A DNA stretch of 64,000 bases from Acidobacteriota bacterium. GTDB lineage: Bacteria; Acidobacteriota; UBA890; WLXD01. Below are positions 1-10,725 of the stretch, piece after piece (position 1 is the stretch's first letter; the number at the start of each line of letters is the position of its first letter). The DNA lies in contig CBDBHB010000007.1 in assembly GCA_965205505.1 (NCBI GenBank), positions 224,001 to 288,000 of the forward strand, read 5' to 3'. A program made the position numbers and the translations under genes. Under the pieces are notes generated by a model that had not been told where the DNA came from, made no database searches, and worked only from the letters and a program-made list of their open reading frames with translations.

Positions 1-3000
1 TCCCCCAGACGGCTCGGAGTCGCCCCGACGCTCGCGGCGGTAGCGTTGCTGGCAACCACGGTCGGCGTGGCGTCAGCGGGATCTGCCCGCGATCAACGAC
101 CGCAGTCGGTGGACGAGCTCGCCCAGGCCTCCGGCCAGACCGGAGCGGCGGGCCGGGATGCCCCGGCGTGGGACGTCACTGCGGCGCGCGGACGAACCCG
201 AACCATCGACTTCGAGACCCGCGAGGGCACCTGGATGTCTGTCGACATCTCGCCCGACGGCCGCTGGGTCGTCTTCGACCTGCTGGGACACATCTACCGG
301 GTCTCCGCCGACGGCGGCGCTGCCGAGTGCCTGACTCAGGACAGCGGCGTTGCGGTCAACTACCAGCCCAGCTACTCGCCCGACGGGACGACGATTGCCT
401 TCGTCTCGGACCGCACCAACCAGCCGAACCTCTGGCTGATGGACAGCAACGGCTCCAACCCGCGAGCCGTATTCCGCGACGACGCTGTGCGCGTGGCGAA
501 GCCCGCCTGGACACCGGATGGCCAGTACATCCTGGTGCAGCGGCGACCCGGCGGAATCTGGATGTACCACCGAGACGGCGGCGACGGGATCTCGATGTTG
601 GGCGACGAGTTCGACTCGGCCGGCTGGCCGTCGGTCTCCTCGGACGCTAGGTACCTGTACTTCGATCTCGCCAAGAACGTCGGCCTCGTCGGAGCGGTGG
701 GGGGCGCCCGGCAAGTTCGGCGTGCCGAGCTCTCCAGCGGCGAAGTGATCAAGATCACCGCAGGGATCCCCGACACCCAGATCCGCCTCTCCAGCGGCGG
801 CGGCTACGCGGCGGAGATCTCGCCAAACGGTCGCTGGCTGGCGTTTGCCCGGCGCATTCCGAACGGCACCGTGAGCTTCAAGGGGCACCGCTATGGGCCG
901 CGCACCGTTCTCTGGTTGCGCGATCTGCAGAGCGGGACCGAGCGCCTGCTCATGGACCCGATCGAAAACGATCGGGTCGAGATGCGGGGCTGGGACGTTC
1001 TACCGGGATACAGCTGGGACCTCGAGGGCCGATCCATCGTCATCTCGCAGGGCGGCAAGATCCGTCGCATCGACATCGCCAGCGGCGAGGTGAGCACGGT
1101 TCCCTTCACCGCCGGCGTGCATCGCGTCATCTCCGAGCGCGCTTACGCGCCGTTCCGCATCGACGACGAGCCGTTCGACGCCAAGTTCTTGCGCTGGCAC
1201 ACGCTGTCTCCGGACGGTAGCAGGCTGGCGTTCGAGGCTGCAGGCCGCATCTGGGTGATGGATCGAGATCCCGAGAGTGGTCTCCAGCGCGGCGAGCCAC
1301 GACGCCTGACCCCCGAGTCGTTCGAGCCCTTCGAGCTCTCCCCGGCCTGGTCACCCGATGGTGAGTTCATCGCCTTCACCAGCGCCGACGAGGCAGCGCG
1401 CGGCCACATATGGAAGGCGTCGGCCGAGGGCGGCGCCCCCGAGCAGCTCACCGAGACCGAGGGGGAGTACCTGAATCCGGTCTGGAGCCCGGGCGGGCGC
1501 GACATCGTCGCGGTGCAGGGATCGGGCGTCACCAGCCACGGTCGCGGCTGGATGTTCAACCCGTACTACCAGCTAGTGAACGTCGCCGCCTCGGGAGGGT
1601 CCGCTCCCGGCGAGGTGATCACGATGATCAATCCACCTTCCGAGGTGGGCGTCTACGGGGTCTCGAGGCGCTCGATCACGCAGCCCTCCTTCGGTCCCGC
1701 GGGGCGAGTCTACTTCGCCGAGGACCAGGAGAACGCCGACGGCGACGCGGTCGTCGCGCTCGTTTCCGTGCGGCGCGACGGCGGCGACGAACGGGTACAC
1801 ATGACCTTCCCCTACGCCGACGAGATCGCCCCGTCGCCCGACGGCCGCTGGGTCGCCTTTCAGGAGGGCGACAACGCCTACATCACGGCGTTCCCCGCCT
1901 TCGGCACCGGCGGTAAGCCGCCGCAGATTCAGAAGCGCCAGGGCGACCTCCCGGTGCGTCAGGTCAGCTTCGAAGGCGGCATGTTTCTGCGCTGGCGCAG
2001 CGCCAACGAGCTCGAGTTCGGCAGCGGCAACCAGCACCACCTCTATCGGGTGGACACGCGAGAAGTGCAGAGCACCGAGGCGCGGCTGAAGCTGTCGCGT
2101 CGCATCCCCGACAAGGCGATCGCTATCGGGCTCACCGGGGCGCGAATCGTCACGCTCGACGGTGATGTGGTGATCGAGAGCGGCACGGTCGTGGTACGTG
2201 GCAGCCGCATCGTTTGCGTCGGGGAATGCGCGCTCGACGTCGATCGGGTGGTGGACGTGACCGGCGCGACGATCATCCCCGGCTTCATCGACATGCACGC
2301 CCACCACCATCGCGAGACCCGCGGGGTGATCGGCAGGAAGAGCTTCGAGGCTGCCGTCTACCTGGCCTACGGGGTCACCACCGACCTCGACAACTCGATG
2401 TGGAGTCAGAACATCTTCACCACCGCCGAGCTGGTGCGCTCGGGCGCCATCCTGGGGCCCCGCACCTTCAGCACCGGCCCGCCGCTGTATCGGGGCGATT
2501 CCTTCCGGCAGAACGAGATCTCCAGCTACGAGGTGGCGGAGCAGAACATCGCCCGCCTGCAGTCGTGGGGCGCGGTGTCGCTGAAGCAGTACATGCAGCC
2601 GCGCCGCGACCAGCGCCAGTGGATCTCGGACGTGGCCCGGAAGGTGGGGCTCATGGTCACCGCCGAGGGGGGCGATCTGAACTACAACCTGGGCATGATC
2701 ATGGACGGCCAGACCGGCTGGGAGCACCCGCTCGACTACCTGCCCCTGTACAGCGACGTCACCACCTTCTTCGGGCGAGCCGAAGCTACCTACTCGGTCA
2801 CCTTCGGGGTGGGCTCAGCGCCGTGGAACGAGAACTACTGGTATGCGGAGAGCAACGTCTGGGAGGACGAGAAGCTGATGAGCTGGATGCCGTGGCGGAC
2901 GATCCTGCCGCACGCCCGCCGGCGACCGCTGCGTCCCGCCACCGACTACAACTTTCCGTACCTGGCGCAGGCGGTGGAGGACATCATCGAGGCCGGCGGA

Positions 3001-3384
3001 CACGGCGCCATCGGCGCGCACGGACAGGGCCACGGGATCGCGCCCCACTGGGAAGTGTGGATGGCCGCCTCCGCGATGGGGCCGCTCGGGGCGTTGAAGC
3101 TGGCCAGCCAGCAGGGTGCCTACTTTCTCGGTGTGCAGGAGGATCTCGGCTCGATCGAGGTCGGCAAGCTGGCGGATCTACTCGTCCTGAGATCCAATCC
3201 CCTGGACGACATCCGCAACACCACCGACATCCGCTACGTTATGCAGGGAGGCATCCTGTTCGAGGCCGAGACGCTCGACGAGGTCTGGCCAGAGCAGCGA
3301 CCCTACGGTGCCCGTCCGTGGATGGAGCAGGACGCGCTCCGTGCCGACGACCGCCCGATCGACTACTGGGACCGACGTCAGTAG
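1..3384 (+). CDS. Secreted TolB/PD40 beta-propeller + amidohydrolase fusion protein (5' partial)
   Basis: Frame is open from base 1 (SPRRLGVAPTLAAVALL..., signal-like). Many SPDG/WSPDG repeats, C-terminal PGFIDMHAH metal motif and GSIEVGKLADLLVL amidohydrolase signature. Confidence 0.85.
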   Translation, partial: SPRRLGVAPTLAAVALLATTVGVASAGSARDQRPQSVDELAQASGQTGAAGRDAPAWDVTAARGRTRTIDFETREGTWMSVDISPDGRWVVFDLLGHIYRVSADGGAAECLTQDSGVAVNYQPSYSPDGTTIAFVSDRTNQPNLWLMDSNGSNPRAVFRDDAVRVAKPAWTPDGQYILVQRRPGGIWMYHRDGGDGISMLGDEFDSAGWPSVSSDARYLYFDLAKNVGLVGAVGGARQVRRAELSSGEVIKITAGIPDTQIRLSSGGGYAAEISPNGRWLAFARRIPNGTVSFKGHRYGPRTVLWLRDLQSGTERLLMDPIENDRVEMRGWDVLPGYSWDLEGRSIVISQGGKIRRIDIASGEVSTVPFTAGVHRVISERAYAPFRIDDEPFDAKFLRWHTLSPDGSRLAFEAAGRIWVMDRDPESGLQRGEPRRLTPESFEPFELSPAWSPDGEFIAFTSADEAARGHIWKASAEGGAPEQLTETEGEYLNPVWSPGGRDIVAVQGSGVTSHGRGWMFNPYYQLVNVAASGGSAPGEVITMINPPSEVGVYGVSRRSITQPSFGPAGRVYFAEDQENADGDAVVALVSVRRDGGDERVHMTFPYADEIAPSPDGRWVAFQEGDNAYITAFPAFGTGGKPPQIQKRQGDLPVRQVSFEGGMFLRWRSANELEFGSGNQHHLYRVDTREVQSTEARLKLSRRIPDKAIAIGLTGARIVTLDGDVVIESGTVVVRGSRIVCVGECALDVDRVVDVTGATIIPGFIDMHAHHHRETRGVIGRKSFEAAVYLAYGVTTDLDNSMWSQNIFTTAELVRSGAILGPRTFSTGPPLYRGDSFRQNEISSYEVAEQNIARLQSWGAVSLKQYMQPRRDQRQWISDVARKVGLMVTAEGGDLNYNLGMIMDGQTGWEHPLDYLPLYSDVTTFFGRAEATYSVTFGVGSAPWNENYWYAESNVWEDEKLMSWMPWRTILPHARRRPLRPATDYNFPYLAQAVEDIIEAGGHGAIGAHGQGHGIAPHWEVWMAASAMGPLGALKLASQQGAYFLGVQEDLGSIEVGKLADLLVLRSNPLDDIRNTTDIRYVMQGGILFEAETLDEVWPEQRPYGARPWMEQDALRADDRPIDYWDRRQ

Positions 3385-3395
3385 GCGTCGGGTGC

Positions 3396-3457
3396 TTGAC
3401 GCGACCGAGCCAGCCAGTAAGATGCGTTAGTTGATATTGAGACGCGGTCTCAATATC
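3396..3457 (+). promoter_or_regulatory. Sigma70-like promoter with Fur-like operator upstream of TonB receptor
   Basis: TTGACG(3396)-N16-TAAGAT(3418), followed by perfect palindrome GATATTGAGAC-GCG-GTCTCAATATC (3433-3457). Confidence 0.7.
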
Positions 3458-3510
3458 GCCGCCAACATCGGTCCGCGCATCTCGTGCCACCCCCGGGCTG
3501 TTCGCCCCTC

Positions 3511-5787
3511 ATGAGCACCATGTTCTGCCCTCGCCGCTGTCCGCTAGCCTTTGCTGCCACGCCGGCGCTCGTTCTTCTCCTTGTATCGCTGCTCGCCATA
3601 CCCGCAGATGCCCAGCAGTCGGGCGACGACGGGGCGAAGTCGTCGGCGCAGAAGCAGGAGGAGCACAAGCCGCGGATCGACGAACGCATCATGGTCGTGG
3701 GGAGTGCCGAGGGCATCGAGTTCATCCCGGGGTCGGCAAGCCGGATCGAGGGCGCCGAATTGCTGCGCACGCAGGCGGCGTTCGGGGATATTCACCGGAT
3801 GCTGAGGTCGGTTCCCGGGGTAAACGTCCAGGAAGAAGAGGGCTTCGGCCTGCGGCCCAACATCGGCTTGCGGGGTTCGGGCTCAGAGCGTTCCTCCCGC
3901 ATCACGCTCATGGAGGACGGGACCCTGATCGCTCCCGCACCCTATGCAGCACCCTCCGCCTACTACTTCCTCACCGCGGGCAGGATGGAGGCCGTCGAGG
4001 TGCGCAAGGGCTCGAGCCAGATCAAGTTCGGGCCGCGGACCAACGGCGGCGCCCTGAACCTCGTCTCGACGCCGGTGCCCGATGCGTTCAACGTGCGCGC
4101 CGAACTGGGCGGTGGCAGCCACACGACCGCCAAGGGCCGCCTGTCGGTCGGTAGCAGTTCGCGCAACTGGGGCTGGATGCTCGAGACCTACCAGCTCCGC
4201 AGCGAAGGCTTCAAGCAGATCGATGGCGGCGGCGAGGCCGGTTTCCACCTCGGTGACTACCTGGGGAAGCTGCGGTACCGGACGGTCGGTAGCACCGACT
4301 CCTTCCACGAGATCGAGGTCAAGCTCGGTTACGTGCAGCAGCGCGGCAACCAGACCTACCTCGGCCTGACAGACGCCGACTTCCGGGCGAATCCGGTGCG
4401 CCGCTACGCCGGCTCGCAGCACGACCGGATCGAGACCGAGCACCGGCAGCTCCAGCTCCGCCACTACGGGATGTTCAGCCCGACCGTCGACCTGACCACG
4501 GTTGCCTACCGCAACGACTTTCAGCGCAACTGGTACAAGCTGCAGAGCGTTCAGGGTGCCGGGCTCGCGAGCGTGCTCGAGAGCCCACTGACCTACGCCG
4601 AGGAGTTCGCCATCATACGCGGCGCCGACAGCGCCCGCGATGCACTGAAACAGCGCCACAACAACCGCGAATACTACGGGCAGGGGATCCAAAGCGTCCT
4701 GGGCCTGCGCCTCGGCAGCGGTGCCACCTGCCAGCAGCTGGAGGTCGGCGTGCGCTACCACGCCGACCAGGAGGACCGGTTCCAGAGCGAAGATGGCTAC
4801 CAGATGATCAGTGGGCAGAAGACGCTCACCAGCGTCGGCGCCCCTGGCAGTCAGGCGAACCGGATCGGCGACGCCAGGGCCTGGGCCCTTTTCGTACAGG
4901 ATCGGATCTCGACGGGGCGCTGGGCGATCACTCCGGGACTGCGCTTCGAGTCCATCGACATGACGCGAACCGACTACTCGAGAGCCGACCCGGATCGCAC
5001 AGCGCCGACCCGGATTCGCCACTCGCAGATCGATGCCCTGCTTCCCGGCGCAGGTGTCGACTACCGCATCGGACACGTTAGCAGCCTGTTCCTCGGTGTT
5101 CATCGGGGCTTCGCGCCGCCGGGGCCCGGGGCCGCCGACGGGGTCCGGCCCGAGACCAGCATCAACTACGAGCTCGGGTACCGGCATCGCGGCACCCGGG
5201 CAAAGGCGGGCGTGACGGGCTTCTTCAACGACTACGACAACCTGCTCGGGTCAGACACGCTATCGAGCGGTGGCCAGGGGACCGGCGACCAGTTCAACGG
5301 TGGCGCAGCCCGCGTCTGGGGCCTAGAGGCATCGGCCTCCTACTACCTAGCGGCGGCCGGCTCGGGGCTGCGGGTGCCCTTCGCACTCTCGTATACATGG
5401 ACCCGGGGCGAGTTCCGCACCCGCTTCGACAGCGACTACGAGCCCTGGGGGAATGTCGAGGTCGGCGACGAGCTTCCCTACTTGCCCGAGCATCAGCTCA
5501 ATGTGTCTGTCGGGCTCCAGGGAGCACGCTGGGATACGTTCGCGTCGGTGACCTCAGGCAGCGCAATGCGGACGGAGGCCGGCCAGGGGCCGATCCCGCC
5601 GCGCCGCGGGACCGATGCCTTCACCGTCGTCGATCTGACCGCTGGGTATCGGCTGAGCCGGGTCGTGCGGCTGCAGGCCGCGCTGCAGAACGCTCTTGCC
5701 ACCACCTACATCGTGGCGCGCCGGCCGGCCGGTGTGCGGCCCGGCCTGACGCGAACGTTCGTGCTCGGCCTGACCTTCTCGCGCTAG
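3511..5787 (+). CDS. TonB-dependent receptor, FecA-like
   Basis: Signal peptide; plug motifs EEEGFGLRPNIGLRG, ITLMEDG, APAPYAAP, VEVRKGS; C-terminal beta strand ending TFSR. Start uncertain (3484/3511/3520). Confidence 0.9.
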   Translation: MSTMFCPRRCPLAFAATPALVLLLVSLLAIPADAQQSGDDGAKSSAQKQEEHKPRIDERIMVVGSAEGIEFIPGSASRIEGAELLRTQAAFGDIHRMLRSVPGVNVQEEEGFGLRPNIGLRGSGSERSSRITLMEDGTLIAPAPYAAPSAYYFLTAGRMEAVEVRKGSSQIKFGPRTNGGALNLVSTPVPDAFNVRAELGGGSHTTAKGRLSVGSSSRNWGWMLETYQLRSEGFKQIDGGGEAGFHLGDYLGKLRYRTVGSTDSFHEIEVKLGYVQQRGNQTYLGLTDADFRANPVRRYAGSQHDRIETEHRQLQLRHYGMFSPTVDLTTVAYRNDFQRNWYKLQSVQGAGLASVLESPLTYAEEFAIIRGADSARDALKQRHNNREYYGQGIQSVLGLRLGSGATCQQLEVGVRYHADQEDRFQSEDGYQMISGQKTLTSVGAPGSQANRIGDARAWALFVQDRISTGRWAITPGLRFESIDMTRTDYSRADPDRTAPTRIRHSQIDALLPGAGVDYRIGHVSSLFLGVHRGFAPPGPGAADGVRPETSINYELGYRHRGTRAKAGVTGFFNDYDNLLGSDTLSSGGQGTGDQFNGGAARVWGLEASASYYLAAAGSGLRVPFALSYTWTRGEFRTRFDSDYEPWGNVEVGDELPYLPEHQLNVSVGLQGARWDTFASVTSGSAMRTEAGQGPIPPRRGTDAFTVVDLTAGYRLSRVVRLQAALQNALATTYIVARRPAGVRPGLTRTFVLGLTFSR

Positions 5788-5825
5788 CAGCGTCGGCGGC
5801 AAAGTCGTCCGGCAGCACCTTGACA
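5784..5825 (-). pseudogene. Internal Ser/Thr kinase fragment (VKVLPDDFAADA) ending at CTAG
   Basis: tcaaggtgctgccggacgactttgccgccgacgc differs at 3 of 34 nt from kinase 2 near 10835 (KVLPEDFATDA). Confidence 0.6.
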
Positions 5826-5991
5826 GTACCCCGCCCAGCGCTCGTAGCCCGGCGCCAACGTTCGATGAGAAGAAGGGCAAACCGAATTCGTGATCACTGG
5901 ATCGCTAGCCTCAGCGGGTTCCGGCGTCCTCCTTCCCGGGGCAGTAACTCAACGGCGAGCTCGGCTGTAGCGACCGACCTCGTTTCCCGCC

Positions 5992-7137
5992 TCAGCGCCC
6001 CTCCGGCCGATATACCCGAACCGGTGTGAGCTGCGCGCCCGTGAGCCCGGTCGGCTCGCTTTCGCCCACCACCGGCATCCGCAGCGTGCCGATCCCGTCG
6101 ATGGTGGCCTCGATCACCTCGCCAGGTTGGAGAAAGCGCTGCTCTCCGCGAACGGCGGTGCCCACACCGGTGCCCCCCGACGTTCCGTTGTTGATCACGT
6201 CGCCGGGGAACAGCGTGACGATCGAGGACGCATATTCGACCAACTCCCACAGCGTGTGAATCATGTCGCCTGCCGTGGCCTCCTGCATCTGCTCATCTCC
6301 GACGCTCAGCGTCTGTCGGAGGATCTCCATCGGATTCCCGTAGAATTCCTTCGGCACGATCCAGGGGCCCTGAGGGGCGAACGTGTCGTGGCCCTTGCCG
6401 ACGAACCAGTCGGACCGGAGAGGGTTACCGCCCGGTGGCCGACCGCCGCGATCAGAGATATCGAGCGTCACCGTGTAGCCGAAGATGTGTGCCTCCGCGT
6501 CGTTGGCGGAAACGTACTTGGCCGTCCGGCCGATCACCGCACCGAGCTCGACTTCCCAGTCGATACGGTCCCGACCAAACGGGATGACGATAGGGTCGCC
6601 GTTGCCGATGACCGCGCCCCGGCTGGGCTTCATGAAGAGGTACGGCACGCCGCGATTCTCACGCCGCTGGCGACGTGCCTCTACACGCTCTTCGACCGAC
6701 CCCGACTCGTTGACGTGGCTGTAGAAATTCACCGCCGCGTTGAGGATCTTGCCCGGATACAGAATGGGCGGAAGCGTGCGCACCTCGCCCAGATCATAGA
6801 TGTAGTCCGGGCGATCTCCCGTGAGCATGTCCTCTGCGATCACATGATCGACCAGCTCGTATAGGCGAGCCTTCATCCCATACTCGTACCGCCCGATGAG
6901 CTCCAACATATCGGCAGGGAGCGGGATCTGCGGATACGCGGGGTCGCGCTCCAGTGCGGCGTTGGCGCGATCGAGCGCCACGATGTAGCGGTCGCGAAGG
7001 ACGACCCCCACCTCGGGGGTCCCGTCGATCTCGAAGGTCCCGACTTTGAAGGGTTCGGCGATGGACTCGACCTGGGCCGAGCCCGACAACGGACTCGCGA
7101 GAGTCAGGAGCACCGTGAGAGCCAAGGTGTTTCGCAT
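5992..7137 (-). CDS. Fumarylacetoacetate hydrolase family protein with Sec signal peptide
   Basis: PGKILNAAVNF, IDWEVELGAVIG, DISDR, GKGHDTFAP, LFPGDVI motifs; MRNTLALTVLLTLA..SAQ leader. Confidence 0.88.
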   Translation of the reverse strand: MRNTLALTVLLTLASPLSGSAQVESIAEPFKVGTFEIDGTPEVGVVLRDRYIVALDRANAALERDPAYPQIPLPADMLELIGRYEYGMKARLYELVDHVIAEDMLTGDRPDYIYDLGEVRTLPPILYPGKILNAAVNFYSHVNESGSVEERVEARRQRRENRGVPYLFMKPSRGAVIGNGDPIVIPFGRDRIDWEVELGAVIGRTAKYVSANDAEAHIFGYTVTLDISDRGGRPPGGNPLRSDWFVGKGHDTFAPQGPWIVPKEFYGNPMEILRQTLSVGDEQMQEATAGDMIHTLWELVEYASSIVTLFPGDVINNGTSGGTGVGTAVRGEQRFLQPGEVIEATIDGIGTLRMPVVGESEPTGLTGAQLTPVRVYRPEGR

Positions 7138-7356
7138 GGGAGCGCCTCGTCGAGTCATTGGGTCCATTGAAGATCGCAGTCTTAGCGGCGGCCGCATACC
7201 CTGTCTTATCATTTCGCCCCGTCATTAAAGGCTGTCACAGGACCTGGGGCCAATTTAGTGTCATCGGTCTGTGTTTTGCTGCTCAATTCTGCGCTCTGTT
7301 GTGCCATTCTAAGATGCAACTTTCCACTCTGGTAGCGCTACCGGAAGCACGCAGCC

Positions 7357-7935
7357 TTGTCAGATCCCACCCCCCACCAAGACGACACGTCAGCGCAACC
7401 GTTCCTTAGACTGATCCGAGGATCAGCACGAGAGATCGCCATTCTCGTTTTGGGGATCTCGATCGCTTTCTCGCTGGTTGCGGATGGACGGTCCGACTTC
7501 GACCGGGCCGAATTCGATCAGGGCCTGGCCCGGGCATTTCTACTTGAATTCTTTGAACCGGCGGCCGGCGTTTACGCTGAGTTGGCCACATCGGGAAGCG
7601 TCGGGATAATCACCGATGAGTCGCTGAGAGCCAGCCTAGCGCAATGGGGAGTCCAGTTGAATTGGCTCCGCCGCTCCGAGGGATACCTGACGGCGCAATG
7701 GAACAACGAAGTATCAGTCTACTTGCGGAATCGAGCGTCTTTGGCCAGCTACCTTGGCGACCAGGGTCGGGCGATATCGGCGCCTGCATTCGAGCACGAC
7801 TATGACAAGCTCCTCGGGAGCCGAGAGTTCCACAACGTCATCGTTAAGCGCTTGCTCTACCTCAATTATCTGGTAGGCAACCACGAAACGATGCTGGAAG
7901 TGGTTGCCGACATCCTGGAGGCCATTGCTGACTGA
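7357..7935 (+). CDS. Hypothetical membrane-anchored protein (possibly internally deleted)
   Basis: 192-aa ORF with N-terminal TM segment (EIAILVLGISIAFSLV); lower-GC region. Confidence 0.5.
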   Translation: MSDPTPHQDDTSAQPFLRLIRGSAREIAILVLGISIAFSLVADGRSDFDRAEFDQGLARAFLLEFFEPAAGVYAELATSGSVGIITDESLRASLAQWGVQLNWLRRSEGYLTAQWNNEVSVYLRNRASLASYLGDQGRAISAPAFEHDYDKLLGSREFHNVIVKRLLYLNYLVGNHETMLEVVADILEAIAD

Positions 7936-7948
7936 GGCGGCGCCTCCC

Positions 7949-8035
7949 GTGGACCCTCGCCTGCCCCAGCGGTACGCTTCACGCGCTCACCCGCCCTCAT
8001 CCTGATAAGCGCCATGGAACCCGGCACCAAACTAG
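7949..8035 (+). repeat. Kinase promoter/leader module copy A (on intact kinase)
   Basis: GTGGAC-N18-TACGCT..cttcacgcgctcacccgccc..gcgccATGGAACCCGGCACCAAACTAG. Confidence 0.75.
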
Positions 8036-10725
8036 GCCCTTACGAGATCACCGAGCAGCTCGGTGCAGGCGGCATGGGCGAGGTGTACCTGGCGCAGGAC
8101 ACGCGCCTGGGCCGCAAGGTGGCCATCAAGGTGCTACCCGCTGAGTTCGCCTCTGACCCCGAGCGCCTAGCCCGCTTCGAGCAGGAGGCCCGTGCTGCCG
8201 CTGCGCTCAACCATCCGCACATCGCGGTCGTTCACGATATCGGCACCGAAGGCAACACCCACTTCATGGTGCAGGAGTACCTGGAGAGTGACACGCTGCG
8301 GGAGCCGCTGGAGAAGGGTGCGCTGCCGCTCAAGAAGGCGCTCGGCCTGGCTACCGAGATCGCCGAGGCGCTGGCTGCCGCTCACGCAGCCGGGATCATC
8401 CACCGGGATCTGAAACCGGAGAACATCTTCGTCACCAAGGAAGGTCACGCCAAGGTGCTGGACTTCGGCCTGGCGAAGCTGACCGAGGTGGCGGGGGCAG
8501 GCTCACCGGGCGGTGCAACGCAGTCACCCACGATAATGGGCACGGTGGCCGGCCAGGTGATGGGCACCGCTGGCTACATGGCCCCGGAGCAGGTGGAAGG
8601 TTCCGACAAGATTGACCATCGGGCCGACCTGTTCGCCTTTGGCTGCGTGCTCTACGAGATGGTCAGCGGTCGGCAGCCGTTCGCCGGCAAGAGCATGTTG
8701 GACATCCTACACAGGATCGCCGACGAGGAGCCTCAGCCGCTCGGCGACATCAACCCCGACCTGCCCGCTCAGTTGCAGTGGATGTTGAAGAAGTGCCTCG
8801 CGAAACAACCAGACAAGCGCTACCAAACGGCGGGCGAGTTGGTCATCGATTTGCAAGCGCTCCGAGCCGATGTCGAGTCGGGCACGGCATTCCTCCTGGG
8901 TGGCCAGCCGGTGGTCGCCGTGGAAACGGCTCGCGGCATCCCCTGGAAGCTGGCGGCTCCAGTCGCGATTCTACTCGTGGTCGTTGCTGCACTGCTCGGC
9001 TGGTGGGCAAGGCAACCCGAGCCCGGAAGCACCATCCGCCTGCAGCTCGACCCCCTCGTCGACACGATCAGGAGCCAGGGCGGCTCCGCAGTCGTGCTAT
9101 CGCCCGATGGACGGCACGTTGCCTACGTCGAGAATGGCCCGACGGGTGGAAGCACGCTGTACCTTCGCGCTCTCGACCAGCAGGACTGGACGACACTCGC
9201 GTCGTCGGCAGACAACCTGGATGCGCCGTACCATCCCTTCTTCTCGCCCGACGGGCAGTGGGTAGGGTTCGTCACCCCGACGGAGCTGAAAAAAGCGTCC
9301 ATAACCGGAGGCACCCCGCAGTCGATCGCGCCGGTGAACGCGAGTCGAGGTGCGGATTGGGGACCCGACAATACGATCGTCTTCACACCAAACCCCGCCA
9401 GCGGCCTGTCTCTCGTGTCTGCTGTCGAGGGTGAGCCGGAACCGCTCACCGAGCTTTCCGAGGGCGAGCGCAGCCACCGCTGGCCCCAGTTCCTACCCGG
9501 CGGAAAGGCCATGCTATTCACTTCGGCCGAGACCGAAGGCTTCGACAGGGCCAACCTCGAGGTCGTAGATCTCGAGACCGGCGAGCGCCAGGTCGTGCAC
9601 CGGGGCGGCACCTACGGCCGATACGTGCCGACGGGCCATCTGGTGTATTTAAACGCCGGAGCGTTGTTCGCGGTGCCCTTCGACCTCGATACCCTGGAGA
9701 CGACCGGCTCGCCGCTACCCGTCGTCGAGAACCTCGCCGCCGACGGTCAAGGCGGGGTCTCGTTCGACTTCTCCGAGACCGGGATGCTCGTCTATCACCT
9801 GAGGGATGGCGGCGCTTCGAACGCTTACCAACTCGTCTGGGTGGATCGTGACGGCCAAGTCGAGCCGCTGCCCTTCGAGCCGCGTCAGTCTGAGTTCTTG
9901 GCCCTCTCGCCGGATGACCAGCGCATCGCGCTCCAAATCCACGGAGATGATGGGGACTTCGACATCTGGATCTACGAGATCGAACGAGGGGGCAGCCAGG
10001 CGCTGCTGACCACGGAGGGCAACAGCGGAGGGCCCGTTTGGTCGCACGATGGAGAGTGGGTTTTCTTCGGGTCGGATCGGGGTGGCAATAGCGACATCTG
10101 GAAGCGCCGGGCTGACCGGAGTCTCGAAGCCGAGCTCGTGTTGGATACAGAGGCTGAGTTGTGGCCGTCGTCGATCTCGGCGAACGATGAAATGCTGCTG
10201 TTTGTCAGCGGGGTCCTCCCGAATTTCGACGTGGGGATACTGGCTCTCGATACAGGTGATACGGAAATGCTCGTCGATACCGCCGCCCTTGAGGAATGGC
10301 CCAGTTTCTCGCCGGACGGTCGCTTCTTCGCCTTTCATTCGGACGAGACCGGGCAATTCGAGGTGTACGTGCGGGAGGTATCGAGCGGTCGGACATTTCC
10401 GGTCTCTACGAGTACCCGTGGTGGCTTTTCCCCTCGCTGGTCGCGGGATGGAAGGGAGATTTACTACAGCTCCCCCATAAGCCCAGGCATCCTCGTTGCG
10501 GAAGTGGATTTGGAGTCGTTTTCCGCATCCGACCCTGTCGAAGTCTCGGACATCGTCATCCGTGGCTTGTCCCACTTCGATGTCACCGCCGATGGCCAGA
10601 AGTTCCTGGTGACGGTGCCCGCTGGTAGTGATGAGACTGGGGGCACGGCACCCAGCACACGACTCAACGTGGTTCTCGACTGGTTCGAGGAATTGAACCG
10701 GCTCGTGCCGACGGGCGGCTCCTGA
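8014..10725 (+). CDS. Hanks-type Ser/Thr protein kinase with TM and TolB/PD40 propeller
   Basis: [38 protein letters not shown] helix, SPDG repeats, C-terminal VVLDWFEEL. Confidence 0.95.
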   Translation: MEPGTKLGPYEITEQLGAGGMGEVYLAQDTRLGRKVAIKVLPAEFASDPERLARFEQEARAAAALNHPHIAVVHDIGTEGNTHFMVQEYLESDTLREPLEKGALPLKKALGLATEIAEALAAAHAAGIIHRDLKPENIFVTKEGHAKVLDFGLAKLTEVAGAGSPGGATQSPTIMGTVAGQVMGTAGYMAPEQVEGSDKIDHRADLFAFGCVLYEMVSGRQPFAGKSMLDILHRIADEEPQPLGDINPDLPAQLQWMLKKCLAKQPDKRYQTAGELVIDLQALRADVESGTAFLLGGQPVVAVETARGIPWKLAAPVAILLVVVAALLGWWARQPEPGSTIRLQLDPLVDTIRSQGGSAVVLSPDGRHVAYVENGPTGGSTLYLRALDQQDWTTLASSADNLDAPYHPFFSPDGQWVGFVTPTELKKASITGGTPQSIAPVNASRGADWGPDNTIVFTPNPASGLSLVSAVEGEPEPLTELSEGERSHRWPQFLPGGKAMLFTSAETEGFDRANLEVVDLETGERQVVHRGGTYGRYVPTGHLVYLNAGALFAVPFDLDTLETTGSPLPVVENLAADGQGGVSFDFSETGMLVYHLRDGGASNAYQLVWVDRDGQVEPLPFEPRQSEFLALSPDDQRIALQIHGDDGDFDIWIYEIERGGSQALLTTEGNSGGPVWSHDGEWVFFGSDRGGNSDIWKRRADRSLEAELVLDTEAELWPSSISANDEMLLFVSGVLPNFDVGILALDTGDTEMLVDTAALEEWPSFSPDGRFFAFHSDETGQFEVYVREVSSGRTFPVSTSTRGGFSPRWSRDGREIYYSSPISPGILVAEVDLESFSASDPVEVSDIVIRGLSHFDVTADGQKFLVTVPAGSDETGGTAPSTRLNVVLDWFEELNRLVPTGGS

